Positions 1-11,102 are shown, counted from the first letter of the stretch. The stretch: DNA of 32,000 bases from Clostridiales bacterium (GCA_004556155.1 SFIM01000011.1:13914-45913), one strand, 5' to 3'. Notes: generated from the letters alone by a model not told the origin. Program-made: numbers and translations.

Positions 1-2135
<2,135 letters not shown>

Positions 2136-2171
2136 CGGCAGGGATCCTCCGGTACTGTTTTTTCTTTGTAT

Positions 2172-2200
2172 ATTATACGTGAAAAAGCGAAAATTGGCAA
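2172..2200 (-). promoter_or_regulatory. sigma70-type promoter for tex
   Basis: Minus strand: TTGCCA (2200-2195), 17-nt spacer, TATAAT (2177-2172). Confidence 0.4.
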
Positions 2201-2205
2201 GCGTC

Positions 2206-2234
2206 TTGACAGATGGATACAAAGCTGTTATGAT
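2206..2234 (+). promoter_or_regulatory. sigma70-type promoter for the HAD hydrolase gene
   Basis: TTGACA 2206-2211, 17-nt spacer, TATGAT 2229-2234. GGAGGAG RBS at 2262-2268 precedes the ATG at 2276. Confidence 0.45.
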
Positions 2235-2275
2235 GGCGATGAAACGTTTCAACCATTGAACGGAGGAGCTTTCCC

Positions 2276-2959
2276 ATGAGCCTGCACAAGCTGAACGCGG
2301 AGTTTGCGCCTGCCCCTGTGCGCGCGCTGCTGGTGGATATGGACGGCGTGCTCTTTGATACCGAGCGCCGCAGCCTGCTTTCTATTATTGATATTATTGG
2401 CCGCCAGGGCTTGACCATTACCTATGATCAGCTGGTGGAGCGCATGGGCTTTGGGCCCAAGGATCTGCGCCGCAGCTATGAGACCCTGCTGGGCCCGGCC
2501 TTTCAGTGGCAGCTGTTCTGGGATACCTATTGGGCCGAGCGCCGCGCCTTCTATGATGAACACGGCATGCCCGTGATGCCCGGCGTGGTGGAAACGCTGA
2601 CCGCCGCGCGAAAAAAAGGGCTGGCGTGCATTTTGGCATCGTCCAGCCCGCGGGATCAGGTGATCGCTCATCTTAAGCACGCCCATGTGTATGATTATTT
2701 TACCGATGTGGTGGGCGGCGATATGTTCGAGCACAGCAAACCGCAGCCCGATATCTATCTGACCGCCGCACGCCTGGCCAAGCAGCCCACGGCCCATTGC
2801 CTGGTGCTGGAGGATGCGGTGAACGGCGTAAAATCCGGCCGCGCCGCCGGGGCTCAGGTGGCCATGATTCCCGATATTATTCCCTATTCCGAGGCGCTTT
2901 TGCCATATTGCGATTATGTGGCGGATACCATGACGGATATCCTGCCGTTGCTTGGATAA
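2276..2959 (+). CDS. HAD-superfamily hydrolase (beta-phosphoglucomutase-like subfamily IA)
   Basis: Motif I LLVDMDGVLFDTE (DxDxV/T), motif II LASSS, motif III region LVLEDAVNGVKSGRAAG. Good RBS. Confidence 0.85.
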   Translation: MSLHKLNAEFAPAPVRALLVDMDGVLFDTERRSLLSIIDIIGRQGLTITYDQLVERMGFGPKDLRRSYETLLGPAFQWQLFWDTYWAERRAFYDEHGMPVMPGVVETLTAARKKGLACILASSSPRDQVIAHLKHAHVYDYFTDVVGGDMFEHSKPQPDIYLTAARLAKQPTAHCLVLEDAVNGVKSGRAAGAQVAMIPDIIPYSEALLPYCDYVADTMTDILPLLG

Positions 2960-2960
2960 A

Positions 2961-3824
2961 TTACTCGTCCGGTCCGTTTAGCCCGCCGCGCGGCAGGAAA
3001 GCGGCAGGCGATACACCAAACTGCTCCTTGAATGCATGGCAAAAGGCGGAGTAATCGCCGTAGCCGCATTTGCGGCTGGCGTTGGTGGCGCTTTCGCCGC
3101 CTGCCAACAGCTCGCTGGCGTACAGCAGGCGTTTGAGGCGGATATAGGCATGCGGGGTATAGCCGGTTGCCTCGCGGAAGCGATGCTGAAAGGAAGACCG
3201 GCTCATATACAGCCGCTCGGCCAGGATGGAACAGGATAGATTCTCGCCCAGGTTTGCCTGAATATAGGTAAGCGCCTGGGCGATTTTATCATCGCCCTGT
3301 GCGGGCACGGCGACGGAATTGGCCGCGATATCGGTGGAGCACAGCTGCACCATCAGCTCGATCAGGATAGCCTGAGACAGTACATCAGCGTAAGCTGAGG
3401 GCGCAGTCAGCGCCTTTTCCAGCCGGGAAAACAGCTGGTACAGGCTGGCGCGTTCGCTGTCACCCAAGCGCAGCAGGCTGTGGCCACTCTGCCGAGCCTG
3501 ACGGAAACAGGCGTTCAGTCCGCCTACCTGCGGAGCCAGATTGTGCAGGTACGCGCCGTCCAGATATAAGATGAAGCGCTCATAGGCAGCGCCGCCCTTG
3601 GAGCGCATGCGGTGCAGCTGCCCATGGGAAATCAGCAGCAGATCGCCGGGGCGCAGGGCATAGGTTTCACTTTCAACGGAGTATTCTACCTGACCGCTGC
3701 GGAAAAACACCAGCTTGTCAAAGGTGTGAAAGTGCCAGTCTACCTGGAGCGGCTGTAGATCGGTGGTATGGAACAGGCGAAAATGCTCGTTCAGATAGCC
3801 GCGCTCGTTGGCTTCGGATTGCAT
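2961..3824 (-). CDS. AraC-family transcriptional regulator (cupin-like N-terminal domain plus AraC HTH)
   Basis: C-terminal LSCSILAERLYMSRSSFQHRFREATGYTPHAYIRLKRLLYASELL is a typical AraC double HTH. GAAAGGAGG RBS upstream of the ATG at 3824. Confidence 0.85.
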   Translation of the reverse strand: MQSEANERGYLNEHFRLFHTTDLQPLQVDWHFHTFDKLVFFRSGQVEYSVESETYALRPGDLLLISHGQLHRMRSKGGAAYERFILYLDGAYLHNLAPQVGGLNACFRQARQSGHSLLRLGDSERASLYQLFSRLEKALTAPSAYADVLSQAILIELMVQLCSTDIAANSVAVPAQGDDKIAQALTYIQANLGENLSCSILAERLYMSRSSFQHRFREATGYTPHAYIRLKRLLYASELLAGGESATNASRKCGYGDYSAFCHAFKEQFGVSPAAFLPRGGLNGPDE

Positions 3825-3841
3825 TCGCGCGCCTCCTTTCG

Positions 3842-4381
3842 TCAGCGTTTCATCAGGCGATGCATGATGCGGGAATAAAGCTTGGGGCGTTTAAAGCGCC
3901 CGGACTGGTAGCCTAAAATATAATCGATGGTATGAAGTGGTTCCAGGCGCACAGCCTCGCGCTTTTCATCGGCAGGGATGCGCGCAGCGCAGCCGGCACA
4001 GCGCATATGGCTGGAAAAGCGGCAGATCAGCTTGGAACGCAGCATGTGATAATCGCTTGTGACGATCAGCACGCGTGGGCGGCGGATATCGCCCAGCATG
4101 CGGCGTGCGTTGCAAAAGTTTTCTACCGTGATGCGCGACTGCGCTTCACAGCGGATGGCCGTATCCGGCACGCCCAGCGCCAGCAAGGCATCGCGCATGA
4201 CGGCGGCCTCGGATACCGGCGTGCTCGGCGTTTGCCCACCGCAGGGGATGATGACTGGCGATAGCCCCTGATGATAGCACTGCGCGGCGCGTTCAATGCG
4301 CAGCGTCAGCTCATGCCGGGAGGATCCATCCTCGTTGAGCTTAAGCCCTAAAAGCAGGATAGCGTCATAACGGCGGTGCAT
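3842..4381 (-). CDS. YdcF/SanA-type DUF218 family protein
   Basis: AILLLGLKLNEDGS...PCGGQT...VLIVTSDYHMLRS pattern typical of DUF218. The track start 4387 is a TTG; the ATG at 4381 with AAAGGA upstream is preferred. Probably co-transcribed with the AraC gene (17-nt gap). Confidence 0.7.
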   Translation of the reverse strand: MHRRYDAILLLGLKLNEDGSSRHELTLRIERAAQCYHQGLSPVIIPCGGQTPSTPVSEAAVMRDALLALGVPDTAIRCEAQSRITVENFCNARRMLGDIRRPRVLIVTSDYHMLRSKLICRFSSHMRCAGCAARIPADEKREAVRLEPLHTIDYILGYQSGRFKRPKLYSRIMHRLMKR

Positions 4382-4490
4382 GCGCAAGCGTCCTTTCGTT
4401 TGTCAATCGGGCGCTAAAAAGGCGGCCCGAAAAATTATAGCATATTTTTTGCGCGGCAGGCAATCAGGACTTTCTTTTTTGCAGGGTGCA

Positions 4491-4499
4491 TGCTATAAT
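4491..4499 (+). promoter_or_regulatory. extended -10 promoter element (TGcTATAAT)
   Basis: TGCTATAAT at 4491-4499. The -35 is weak (TTTCTT). Confidence 0.35.
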
Positions 4500-4539
4500 G
4501 AAACGTGTAAACTCTGCGTTTGGGAGGCTGAACAGTCTT

Positions 4540-5919
4540 ATGAACAAGCAAATGCGGCAATATGATGTATGTGTTATTGGCGGTGGCCCGGGCGGTATCG
4601 CGGCGGCGCTGTCTGCGGCGCGCGGCGGTGCGAAGGTGCTGCTGGTGGAAAAGAACGGCTGCATGGGCGGCAATCTGGTGATCGGCCTGCCCCTGCTGGG
4701 GTATTTGGATAAGGACGGCCGCCAGGTGACGGCTGGCATCGCCCAGGAGCTGGTGGATGCGCTGACTGCGCGCAATGCGACCTACGGCCATCGCTGGTGC
4801 CCGCTGCACAATTCCGTTACTCTGTATGATCACGAGCAGCTCAAGATTATCTTGTTTGAAAAGCTGTTGGAAGCCAAGGTGGATATGCTGCTGCACACCG
4901 AGCTGACCCGCGTGAATGTGGATGACGGCCATATCGATTCTGTCACGGTGTTCGGCAAGGGTTGGGAGATTGAGGTAAGCGCCAAGATCTTTATCGATGG
5001 CACGGGCGACGGCGACCTGGCCTACATGGCGGGCGCGCGCTACGAAAAGGGACAGGATAACTGCGGCAAGATGCAGCCGCCCACGCTGATGTGCACGGTG
5101 CGCGGCGTGGAACTGGAAAAGCTGTGGAAATTCGTAGAGGACGATCCCGAGCAGATGGTGTGGGGGTCTACCGTGGAAATGAAGGAAGGCTACAATGCCG
5201 ATTTCTTCCGCGCTTCGCCCAACCATGTGTTCGTCGGCCTGCGCAAGCTGTTTGGCCAGCTGCGTGAGCAGGGCGAGCTGCCGGTGGATCGCGATACGCT
5301 GATCTATATCAACTCCCTTGTGCCCGGCGAAGTGCATTTGAACTGCACGCGCCATCTGGGCGTGGACGGCAGCGACATCATCGATCTGACCCGTGCGGAA
5401 ATCGAAGGTCATTTGCAGCTGCCCAAGCTTGTGGAGTGTCTGCGCAAGCATGTGCCCGGTTTTGAAAACGCCTATCTGACCCAGATTTATCCATTCATCG
5501 GCATCCGCGAATCCCGTCGCTTCAACGGCATCAGCACCCTCAAGGCGGATTCCATCATTGCCGGCGAAATTCCCGAGGATTCCATCGGCCTTGGCTCCTA
5601 CATCATCGATATTCATGATGGCGGCGGCGCGGGCACGATCGTTAAGAAGGTGCCGCCCTACGGCCTGCCCTATGGCGTAACCGTCAGCGCCGATATCGAC
5701 AACCTGATGCTGACCGGCCGCTGCGTATCGGTGGACTCGGTGGTGATGAGCTCGCTGCGCGTGATGCCCACCTGCATGGTGCTGGGCGAGGGCGCGGGCA
5801 CCGCTGCCGCCATGGCGGTGAAGAAGAAGATTCTCCCGGCCGATGTAAACGTAAAACAGCTGCGCAAAAAGCTGGTGGAAAACGGCGTGCTGATGGCGCC
5901 GGTGGAAAAGAAGGACTAA
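4540..5919 (+). CDS. FAD-dependent oxidoreductase (FAD_oxidored-like)
   Basis: Dinucleotide-binding fold YDVCVIGGGPGGIAAALSAARGGAKVLLVEKNGCMGGN near the N-terminus. Start moved from the track value 4486 (which overlaps the -10 box) to the ATG at 4540, preceded by GGGAGG at 4522-4527. Confidence 0.8.
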   Translation: MNKQMRQYDVCVIGGGPGGIAAALSAARGGAKVLLVEKNGCMGGNLVIGLPLLGYLDKDGRQVTAGIAQELVDALTARNATYGHRWCPLHNSVTLYDHEQLKIILFEKLLEAKVDMLLHTELTRVNVDDGHIDSVTVFGKGWEIEVSAKIFIDGTGDGDLAYMAGARYEKGQDNCGKMQPPTLMCTVRGVELEKLWKFVEDDPEQMVWGSTVEMKEGYNADFFRASPNHVFVGLRKLFGQLREQGELPVDRDTLIYINSLVPGEVHLNCTRHLGVDGSDIIDLTRAEIEGHLQLPKLVECLRKHVPGFENAYLTQIYPFIGIRESRRFNGISTLKADSIIAGEIPEDSIGLGSYIIDIHDGGGAGTIVKKVPPYGLPYGVTVSADIDNLMLTGRCVSVDSVVMSSLRVMPTCMVLGEGAGTAAAMAVKKKILPADVNVKQLRKKLVENGVLMAPVEKKD

Positions 5920-5982
5920 GTGGCCTACACCTCGTCCCCACATAGCCAACGGCGGAAAACGATGAAAAAACAATTTTCCCCG

Positions 5983-6011
5983 TTGACAAATGCACGAAGG
6001 CGCGGTATCAT
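5983..6011 (+). promoter_or_regulatory. sigma70-type promoter of the T-box leader
   Basis: TTGACA 5983-5988, 17-nt spacer, TATCAT 6006-6011. Confidence 0.55.
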
Positions 6012-6024
6012 ACGTCCATACCAA

Positions 6025-6284
6025 ACCTGCGAGAAAGAGAAGTAAGCAGGAGGCGCTTGGCAAAGAGAACCGCGGATGGTGGGATCGCGGTGCAAGAGCA
6101 TCTGCCCAATGGACTTTCGAGGGCGTTCCTGAACTGACAGTAGGGAACGACGGGATCCGTACCCGTTATCATGGCGGCATGTGTGATGGCACATGGAGAA
6201 GGAGGGTCTTTCCTTAAAGGAAGACCGAAATTGAGTGGCACCGCGGTATTACCGCCTCAAGCTGATTGGCTTGAGGCGTTTTTT
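6025..6284 (+). promoter_or_regulatory. T-box riboswitch leader, specifier codon UGG (tryptophan)
   Basis: Stem I base GAAAG/CUUUC, AGUA 6041-6044, AGAGA bulge 6064-6068. Specifier loop CCAA-UGG-A with UGG at 6110-6112. T-box sequence AAATTGAGTGGCACCGCGG at 6228-6246, followed by terminator plus U-run. Confidence 0.85.
6253..6284 (+). terminator. intrinsic terminator of the T-box leader (attenuator)
   Basis: 10-bp stem 6253-6262 / 6269-6278 (CGCCTCAAGC...GCTTGAGGCG), 6-nt loop, then TTTTTT at 6279-6284. Confidence 0.8.
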
Positions 6285-6347
6285 GTTTCCATCGCGCGCG
6301 CCGACCATCGTACTGCATCGACTTTGAATCATGAGGAGGAAAAGATC

Positions 6348-7325
6348 ATGATGAAGAAACTGCTTGCGATCGTACTGTCCCTGGTAATGCTCACTGCGGC
6401 CTCCGCTGCGCTGGCCGAAAACAAAACTGTCGGTATCCTTCAGTCTGCCGAGCATGGCTCGCTGGATAACTGCCGCGAGGGCTTCCTGCAGGGCCTGGCT
6501 GAGGCCGGCTATGTGGAGGGTGAGAATTTGACGATTAAGTACTACAACGCTCAGGCGGACGGCGGCACCGACGCGCAGATTGCGCAGTCTCTTGTGGCAT
6601 ATCCTGTCGATCTGATCTGCGCTATTGCTACCCCCAGCGCGCAGGCGGCCTTCAATGCTGTGCTGTCGGCCAAGGCGGATATCCCTGTGATCTACACTGC
6701 CGTGTCCGCGCCCATCGAGGCGGGCCTTGCCAATGACGACGGCACGCCGGTGGGTCTGGTAACGGGTACCAGCGATCTGCTGCCCATCCGTAATCAGCTG
6801 GCCATGATCCGCGAGTTGATGCCTGACGCCAAGACCGTGGGCCTTTTGTACACCAGCTCCGAAACCAATAGCGAGGTGCAGGCTGCCCTGTATGAAGAAA
6901 TGGCAGGCGAGTTTGGCTTTGAAATCGTATCTGCCACTGTGACCGCGGGCGCGGAGGTATCCCAGGCTGTGCAGGCGCTGCTGCCTCAGGTGGATTGCCT
7001 GTCCATGCTGACGGATAACACGGTGGTCAGCTATCTGGCTGTGGTACTTAACGCGGCCGAGCAGGCGGGCAAGCCGGTATTTGGCAGCGAGGTAGAGCAG
7101 GTGGCGCTGGGCTGCGCGGGCGCTGATGGTCTAGATTATGTGGCGCTGGGCAGGCAGACGGGCGAAATGGCCGCGCGCGTGCTCAACGGTGAAAGCGCTG
7201 AGAGCATCTCCTTTGAAACCATCCGCGACAGCGCCCTGTATCTCAATACCGACGTGCTGTCCAGTCTGGGGCTGGAAATTCCCGCCGCGATGGCAGAGCG
7301 CGGTTACACCGACATGGCTGAGTAA
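6348..7325 (+). CDS. ABC transporter substrate-binding protein (ABC_sub_bind / BMP-like family), probable tryptophan-related importer component
   Basis: Signal peptide MMKKLLAIVLSLVMLTAASAALA. VGILQSAEHGSLDNCREGFLQGL...DLICAIATPSAQAA...IPVIYTAVSAPIEAGLA matches my memory of the PF04392 family. GAGGAGGA RBS at 6333-6340. The track start 6171 lies inside the T-box leader. Confidence 0.85.
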   Translation: MMKKLLAIVLSLVMLTAASAALAENKTVGILQSAEHGSLDNCREGFLQGLAEAGYVEGENLTIKYYNAQADGGTDAQIAQSLVAYPVDLICAIATPSAQAAFNAVLSAKADIPVIYTAVSAPIEAGLANDDGTPVGLVTGTSDLLPIRNQLAMIRELMPDAKTVGLLYTSSETNSEVQAALYEEMAGEFGFEIVSATVTAGAEVSQAVQALLPQVDCLSMLTDNTVVSYLAVVLNAAEQAGKPVFGSEVEQVALGCAGADGLDYVALGRQTGEMAARVLNGESAESISFETIRDSALYLNTDVLSSLGLEIPAAMAERGYTDMAE

Positions 7326-7346
7326 TTTTAAAGGACGGCAACACGC

Positions 7347-8264
7347 ATGGGCATCATTCAAAACACGTTGGAGCAGGGACTGATCTACGCCATCATGGCG
7401 CTGGGCGTGCTGATTACATACAGCATTCTGGATTTTCCCGATCTGTCGGTGGACGGCACCTTTCCGCTGGGCGCGGCGGTGTCGGCGCTGATGATTACGC
7501 GCGGGCAAAGCCCTGCGCTTGCGCTGCTGTGCGCCATGGCTGCGGGTGCACTGGCTGGCGGGCTGACGGGTCTGATCCATGTAAAGCTCAAGGTACGCGA
7601 TCTGTTTTCAGGCATCATCATGATGACCGCGCTGTACGCCGTCAATATGCATGTGGCTGCTGGGTCGCTCAGGATGGGCAAGGCCAACGTGCCCTTCTTC
7701 AGCACCAAAAAAGTGCAGTATGCTACGATTTTTGAAAACAATGCGCTGACTGATCTCTTCCCGGCGTGGCTGGAGCCCTACAGCGTGCTGCTGATTTCCC
7801 TGCTGCTGGTGATCCTGGTAAAGGTGCTGCTGGATCTGTTCCTCAAAACCCGTGCGGGTTATCTGCTGCGCGCAGTGGGGGATAACGAGACGGTTGTTAC
7901 CTCCCTGGCTCGCGATAAAGGCAGTGTCAAGATCATGGGTCTGATGATTTCGGGCGCGCTGGTGGCGCTGTCCGGCGCAGTGCTGTGCCAGCAGCAGCAT
8001 ACCTTCGAGGTATCCATGGGCACGGGCGCAATCGCCATGGCGCTGGCCTCGGTGATCATCGGTACCAATCTCTTCCGCCGCGTGCCCTTTGTCAAATCCA
8101 CCACTGCGGTGATTATCGGCGCGATTGTGTACAAGGCCTGCGTGGCTGTTGCCATTCGCGCGGGCGTGCCGGCCAGCGATATGAAGCTGATTACGGCGCT
8201 GCTGTTCCTGATCATTCTGACGCTGGGCGGCATGGAGAAAAGGCGGGTGAAAAAGCATGCTTGA
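7347..8264 (+). CDS. ABC transporter permease
   Basis: Highly hydrophobic multi-span protein sitting between the SBP and ATPase genes. Confidence 0.85.
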   Translation: MGIIQNTLEQGLIYAIMALGVLITYSILDFPDLSVDGTFPLGAAVSALMITRGQSPALALLCAMAAGALAGGLTGLIHVKLKVRDLFSGIIMMTALYAVNMHVAAGSLRMGKANVPFFSTKKVQYATIFENNALTDLFPAWLEPYSVLLISLLLVILVKVLLDLFLKTRAGYLLRAVGDNETVVTSLARDKGSVKIMGLMISGALVALSGAVLCQQQHTFEVSMGTGAIAMALASVIIGTNLFRRVPFVKSTTAVIIGAIVYKACVAVAIRAGVPASDMKLITALLFLIILTLGGMEKRRVKKHA

Positions 8265-9030
8265 GGTAAAAAACATCCGTAAAATCTACAATCCCGGCAC
8301 CGTGCAGGAAAAATGCCTGTTTGACGATTTTTCCCTTTCCATTCCGGACGGGCAGTTTGTATCCGTGGTTGGCAGCAACGGCTCAGGCAAAACGAGCCTG
8401 CTCAACCTGATCTGCGGCAGCATCCAGCCGGACGGCGGGCAAATCCTCATGCAGGGGCGCGATATCCGCAAGGACAGTGAGCATGTGCGCGCGCGCAAGA
8501 TCGGCCGCGTGTATCAGAACCCTGCCATGGGCACCTGCGCGCAGATGACGATACTGGAAAACCTCTCCCTGGCCGATTTCAAGGGCAAGCCTGCCGGGCT
8601 GCATCGCGGCACGGACAGACGGCGCATTGACGCTTATCGTGAAATGCTGCGTCCGCTGGGGCTGGGGCTGGAGGATATGCTGTCCAGCAAGGTGGGCACG
8701 CTGTCAGGCGGTCAGCGTCAGGCGCTGGCGCTGCTGATGTCCACCATGACGCCCATTTCCTTTTTGATTCTGGATGAGCACACCGCCGCGCTGGATCCAA
8801 AAACGGCTGATATCATTATGGAGCTGACCGGCCGCGTGGTGCGTCAAAAGCAGCTGACAGCCATCATGGTAACGCACAATCTGCGCTACGCGGTGGAGTA
8901 TGGTGATCGCATTCTGATGATGCACCAGGGCCATGCCGTGCTGGATAAGGCGGGCGAGGAAAAGCAGGCTGTGCGGATTGAGGATTTGCTGACGATCTTC
9001 AATGAAATCAGCATCGAGTGCGGCAACTGA
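8257..9030 (+). CDS. ABC transporter ATP-binding protein
   Basis: Walker A GSNGSGKTS, signature LSGGQRQ, Walker B FLILDEHTAALD. Overlaps the permease gene by 8 nt. Confidence 0.9.
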   Translation: MLEVKNIRKIYNPGTVQEKCLFDDFSLSIPDGQFVSVVGSNGSGKTSLLNLICGSIQPDGGQILMQGRDIRKDSEHVRARKIGRVYQNPAMGTCAQMTILENLSLADFKGKPAGLHRGTDRRRIDAYREMLRPLGLGLEDMLSSKVGTLSGGQRQALALLMSTMTPISFLILDEHTAALDPKTADIIMELTGRVVRQKQLTAIMVTHNLRYAVEYGDRILMMHQGHAVLDKAGEEKQAVRIEDLLTIFNEISIECGN

Positions 9031-9051
9031 ATACGACTTTCTCTTAGGCAG

Positions 9052-9091
9052 GCTGCCGTCGCGTGAGATATCGCGGCGGCAGCGTTTTTTT
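9052..9091 (+). terminator. rho-independent terminator of the ABC operon
   Basis: Stem GCTGCCGTCGCG (9052-9063) / CGCGGCGGCAGC (9072-9083) followed by T7 at 9085-9091. Confidence 0.75.
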
Positions 9092-9120
9092 GCGTGCGGC
9101 AAAAATGCGGAAAATAATGC

Positions 9121-9149
9121 TTGACAAACCAAATTTGCCATGCTATCAT
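9121..9149 (+). promoter_or_regulatory. sigma70-type promoter of the riboside locus
   Basis: TTGACA 9121-9126, 17-nt spacer, TGcTATCAT (extended -10) 9141-9149. The track ORF 'start' at 9121 is this TTG. Confidence 0.55.
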
Positions 9150-9165
9150 AAGATCAACAAGTTTA

Positions 9166-9179
9166 GGAAACATGTTTTC
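9166..9179. promoter_or_regulatory. candidate LacI-type operator (palindrome AAACATGTTT)
   Basis: Perfect 10-bp palindrome at 9168-9177, extended GGAAACATGTTTTC, located ~20 nt downstream of the -10 box. Confidence 0.3.
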
Positions 9180-9198
9180 TAAAGAAACGAGGCTTAGC

Positions 9199-11073
9199 GT
9201 GAACATCCGCGATCTGGCCAAGGAGGCAAACGTATCTCCGGCGACGGTGTCCAAGGTGCTCAACCGCCGCGATGTTTCGGTATCCGCCGAAACGCGCGAG
9301 CGTATCCTGCGCCTGGCCAAGGAGCATAACTATGTGCCCACCTCGCCGCGCAGCGCCCGCCAGCCCACCCGGCTGCTGGGCGTGCTGTTGTGCTCGGGAT
9401 TGTCCTCCGGGCTGCTTTTGCAGGGTGTGATCGACGCGGCGCGCGAGGAGGGCTACAGCCCGCTGGTGTGTACTTACGGCGATGCGCAGGAGGAGCAAAA
9501 AATGCTGCGCATGCTGGAATCCCACCATGTGGACGGCGTGGTGTGGGAGCATGGCGCGCAGGGGGATACGGCCTGGCGTCAGTATCGTGGGGCTACGCCG
9601 GTTGCCCATCTGGCTGCGGAGCCGGTGAACGTTAAGCATACGCTGTATTTTGACTGGACGGATTGCGGCTTCAATGCTGCGCAGCAGATGATCAGCCGCA
9701 ATCATACGCATATTCTCTGTGCGCTGGACGCCGATTCGCTGCAGGGTGATTGCTTTTACACGGGCTATCAGCGCGCGATGCAGCAGGCGGGTCTGCATGT
9801 GGAGGAGGCGCTGCGGGTAACGCGCGTGGGCGAAATCAGCACGGCGCAGCTGTTTGAATGCACGGCTGCGGTGTGCCAGAATCGCCGCACGGCACGCCGG
9901 GTGTACGATCAGCTGCAAAGCATGAATCTGCATGTGCCGCAGGACGTTTCCATTCTGTGCCTGCAAGCCGACGGCGTACAGCCTATGGAACCGCCTATTT
10001 CGGCCTTACCCTTGCAATATCGCAGCCTGGGCGCGAACGCCGCGCATCGCCTGATTGCGCGTATCGAGGAGCATTCTGCTCCTGCGCAACTGCCGCTGCT
10101 GGGTGAGCTGACGGATACGGCTACGCTGAGCGAGCCAGCCTCCGAACGCAGCTTGCGCGTGGTGGTGGTGGGGGAGCTGAACATCGATATGCTTATCAAC
10201 CTGCCGCAGCTTCCCAATGCCGGCGAAACGCGCGCTATCATCAGCCGCACGCGCATGCCGGGCGGCAAGGGGCTGAACCAGGCGGTGGGCTGCCATCGAC
10301 TGGGCGCGGATGTGACGCTGATCGGCACTGTGGGCCGCGATTACGAAGGCTCGTTGATCTATAACTTTTTGCAGAATAACGGCATTTCGACCGCGCATGT
10401 GACCACGGACGCCAGCCGCGAAACGGGCTTTGCCTATATCGCTGTGCAGGGCGATGGCGAAAGCAGCGTGATTATCGACCGCGGTGCGAATGCCTGCCTG
10501 ACCGCCGAGCTGTTGGAAAAGCAGGAAGCGCTGTTTGCAGGCGCGGGCTTTTGCCTGCTTCAAACTGAGCTTTCGCCGGAGCTGGCGCTGTGCGCGGCGC
10601 GTATGGCGCGCCGGCATGGGGTGAAGGTGATCCTCAAGCCCTGCAACCAGCCCAGGCTTAGTGATGAGCTGTTGCAATGCGTGGATTACCTGATTCCCAA
10701 TAAGCTGGAATTGCAGGAGATCTGCCCTGATGGCGATACCCTGGAGGATAAGGTGCGCATCCTGCAAAGTCGCGGCGCGGATACGGTGATTGTTACCCTG
10801 AGCGCCGAGGGCTGCATGCTGGCTCAGCGCGAGCAGGCGCCTGTTTACTTCCCGGCGGCCGCCGTGCGCACGGTGGATACCACCGGCGCGTGCGACGCAT
10901 TCGCCGCCGCCCTGGCTGTGTACTGCATGCGCGGCGAATCGCTGCATACCGCGCTGGAGCTGGCCAATTGCGCGGCAGGTCTGTCCACCGAGCGGCAGGG
11001 CGTGCCGCCCGCGCTGCCTGACGATCTGACTGTGCGCCAGTTTTATCAAACTCATCCCTTTGCGGCCAAATAA
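9199..11073 (+). CDS. LacI-family regulator fused to a PfkB/ribokinase domain (single continuous ORF)
   Basis: N-terminal LacI HTH NIRDLAKEANVSPATVSKVLNRRDVSVSAETRERILRLAKEHNYVP. Central periplasmic-binding-like effector domain. From about LRVVVVGELNIDML onward, a ribokinase fold with GGKGLNQA, NKLE (NxxE) and DTTGACDAF. GTG 9199 (GAGG 6 nt upstream) is preferred; the ATG at 9172 is an alternative. Confidence 0.85.
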   Translation: MNIRDLAKEANVSPATVSKVLNRRDVSVSAETRERILRLAKEHNYVPTSPRSARQPTRLLGVLLCSGLSSGLLLQGVIDAAREEGYSPLVCTYGDAQEEQKMLRMLESHHVDGVVWEHGAQGDTAWRQYRGATPVAHLAAEPVNVKHTLYFDWTDCGFNAAQQMISRNHTHILCALDADSLQGDCFYTGYQRAMQQAGLHVEEALRVTRVGEISTAQLFECTAAVCQNRRTARRVYDQLQSMNLHVPQDVSILCLQADGVQPMEPPISALPLQYRSLGANAAHRLIARIEEHSAPAQLPLLGELTDTATLSEPASERSLRVVVVGELNIDMLINLPQLPNAGETRAIISRTRMPGGKGLNQAVGCHRLGADVTLIGTVGRDYEGSLIYNFLQNNGISTAHVTTDASRETGFAYIAVQGDGESSVIIDRGANACLTAELLEKQEALFAGAGFCLLQTELSPELALCAARMARRHGVKVILKPCNQPRLSDELLQCVDYLIPNKLELQEICPDGDTLEDKVRILQSRGADTVIVTLSAEGCMLAQREQAPVYFPAAAVRTVDTTGACDAFAAALAVYCMRGESLHTALELANCAAGLSTERQGVPPALPDDLTVRQFYQTHPFAAK

Positions 11074-11102
11074 GCCGCGCAAAAACGAAAGGAGATTTTC
11101 CT

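Noticed and set aside
4435-6063. 542-aa minus-strand ORF opposite the FAD oxidoreductase
   Set aside because: Low-complexity His/Ala/Gly/Arg composition, no RBS, and it runs across the T-box promoter. The plus strand has a textbook GxGxxG FAD fold.
6171-6347. Upstream extension of the SBP ORF
   Set aside because: It covers the T-box terminator and antiterminator. The signal peptide and RBS place the real start at 6348.
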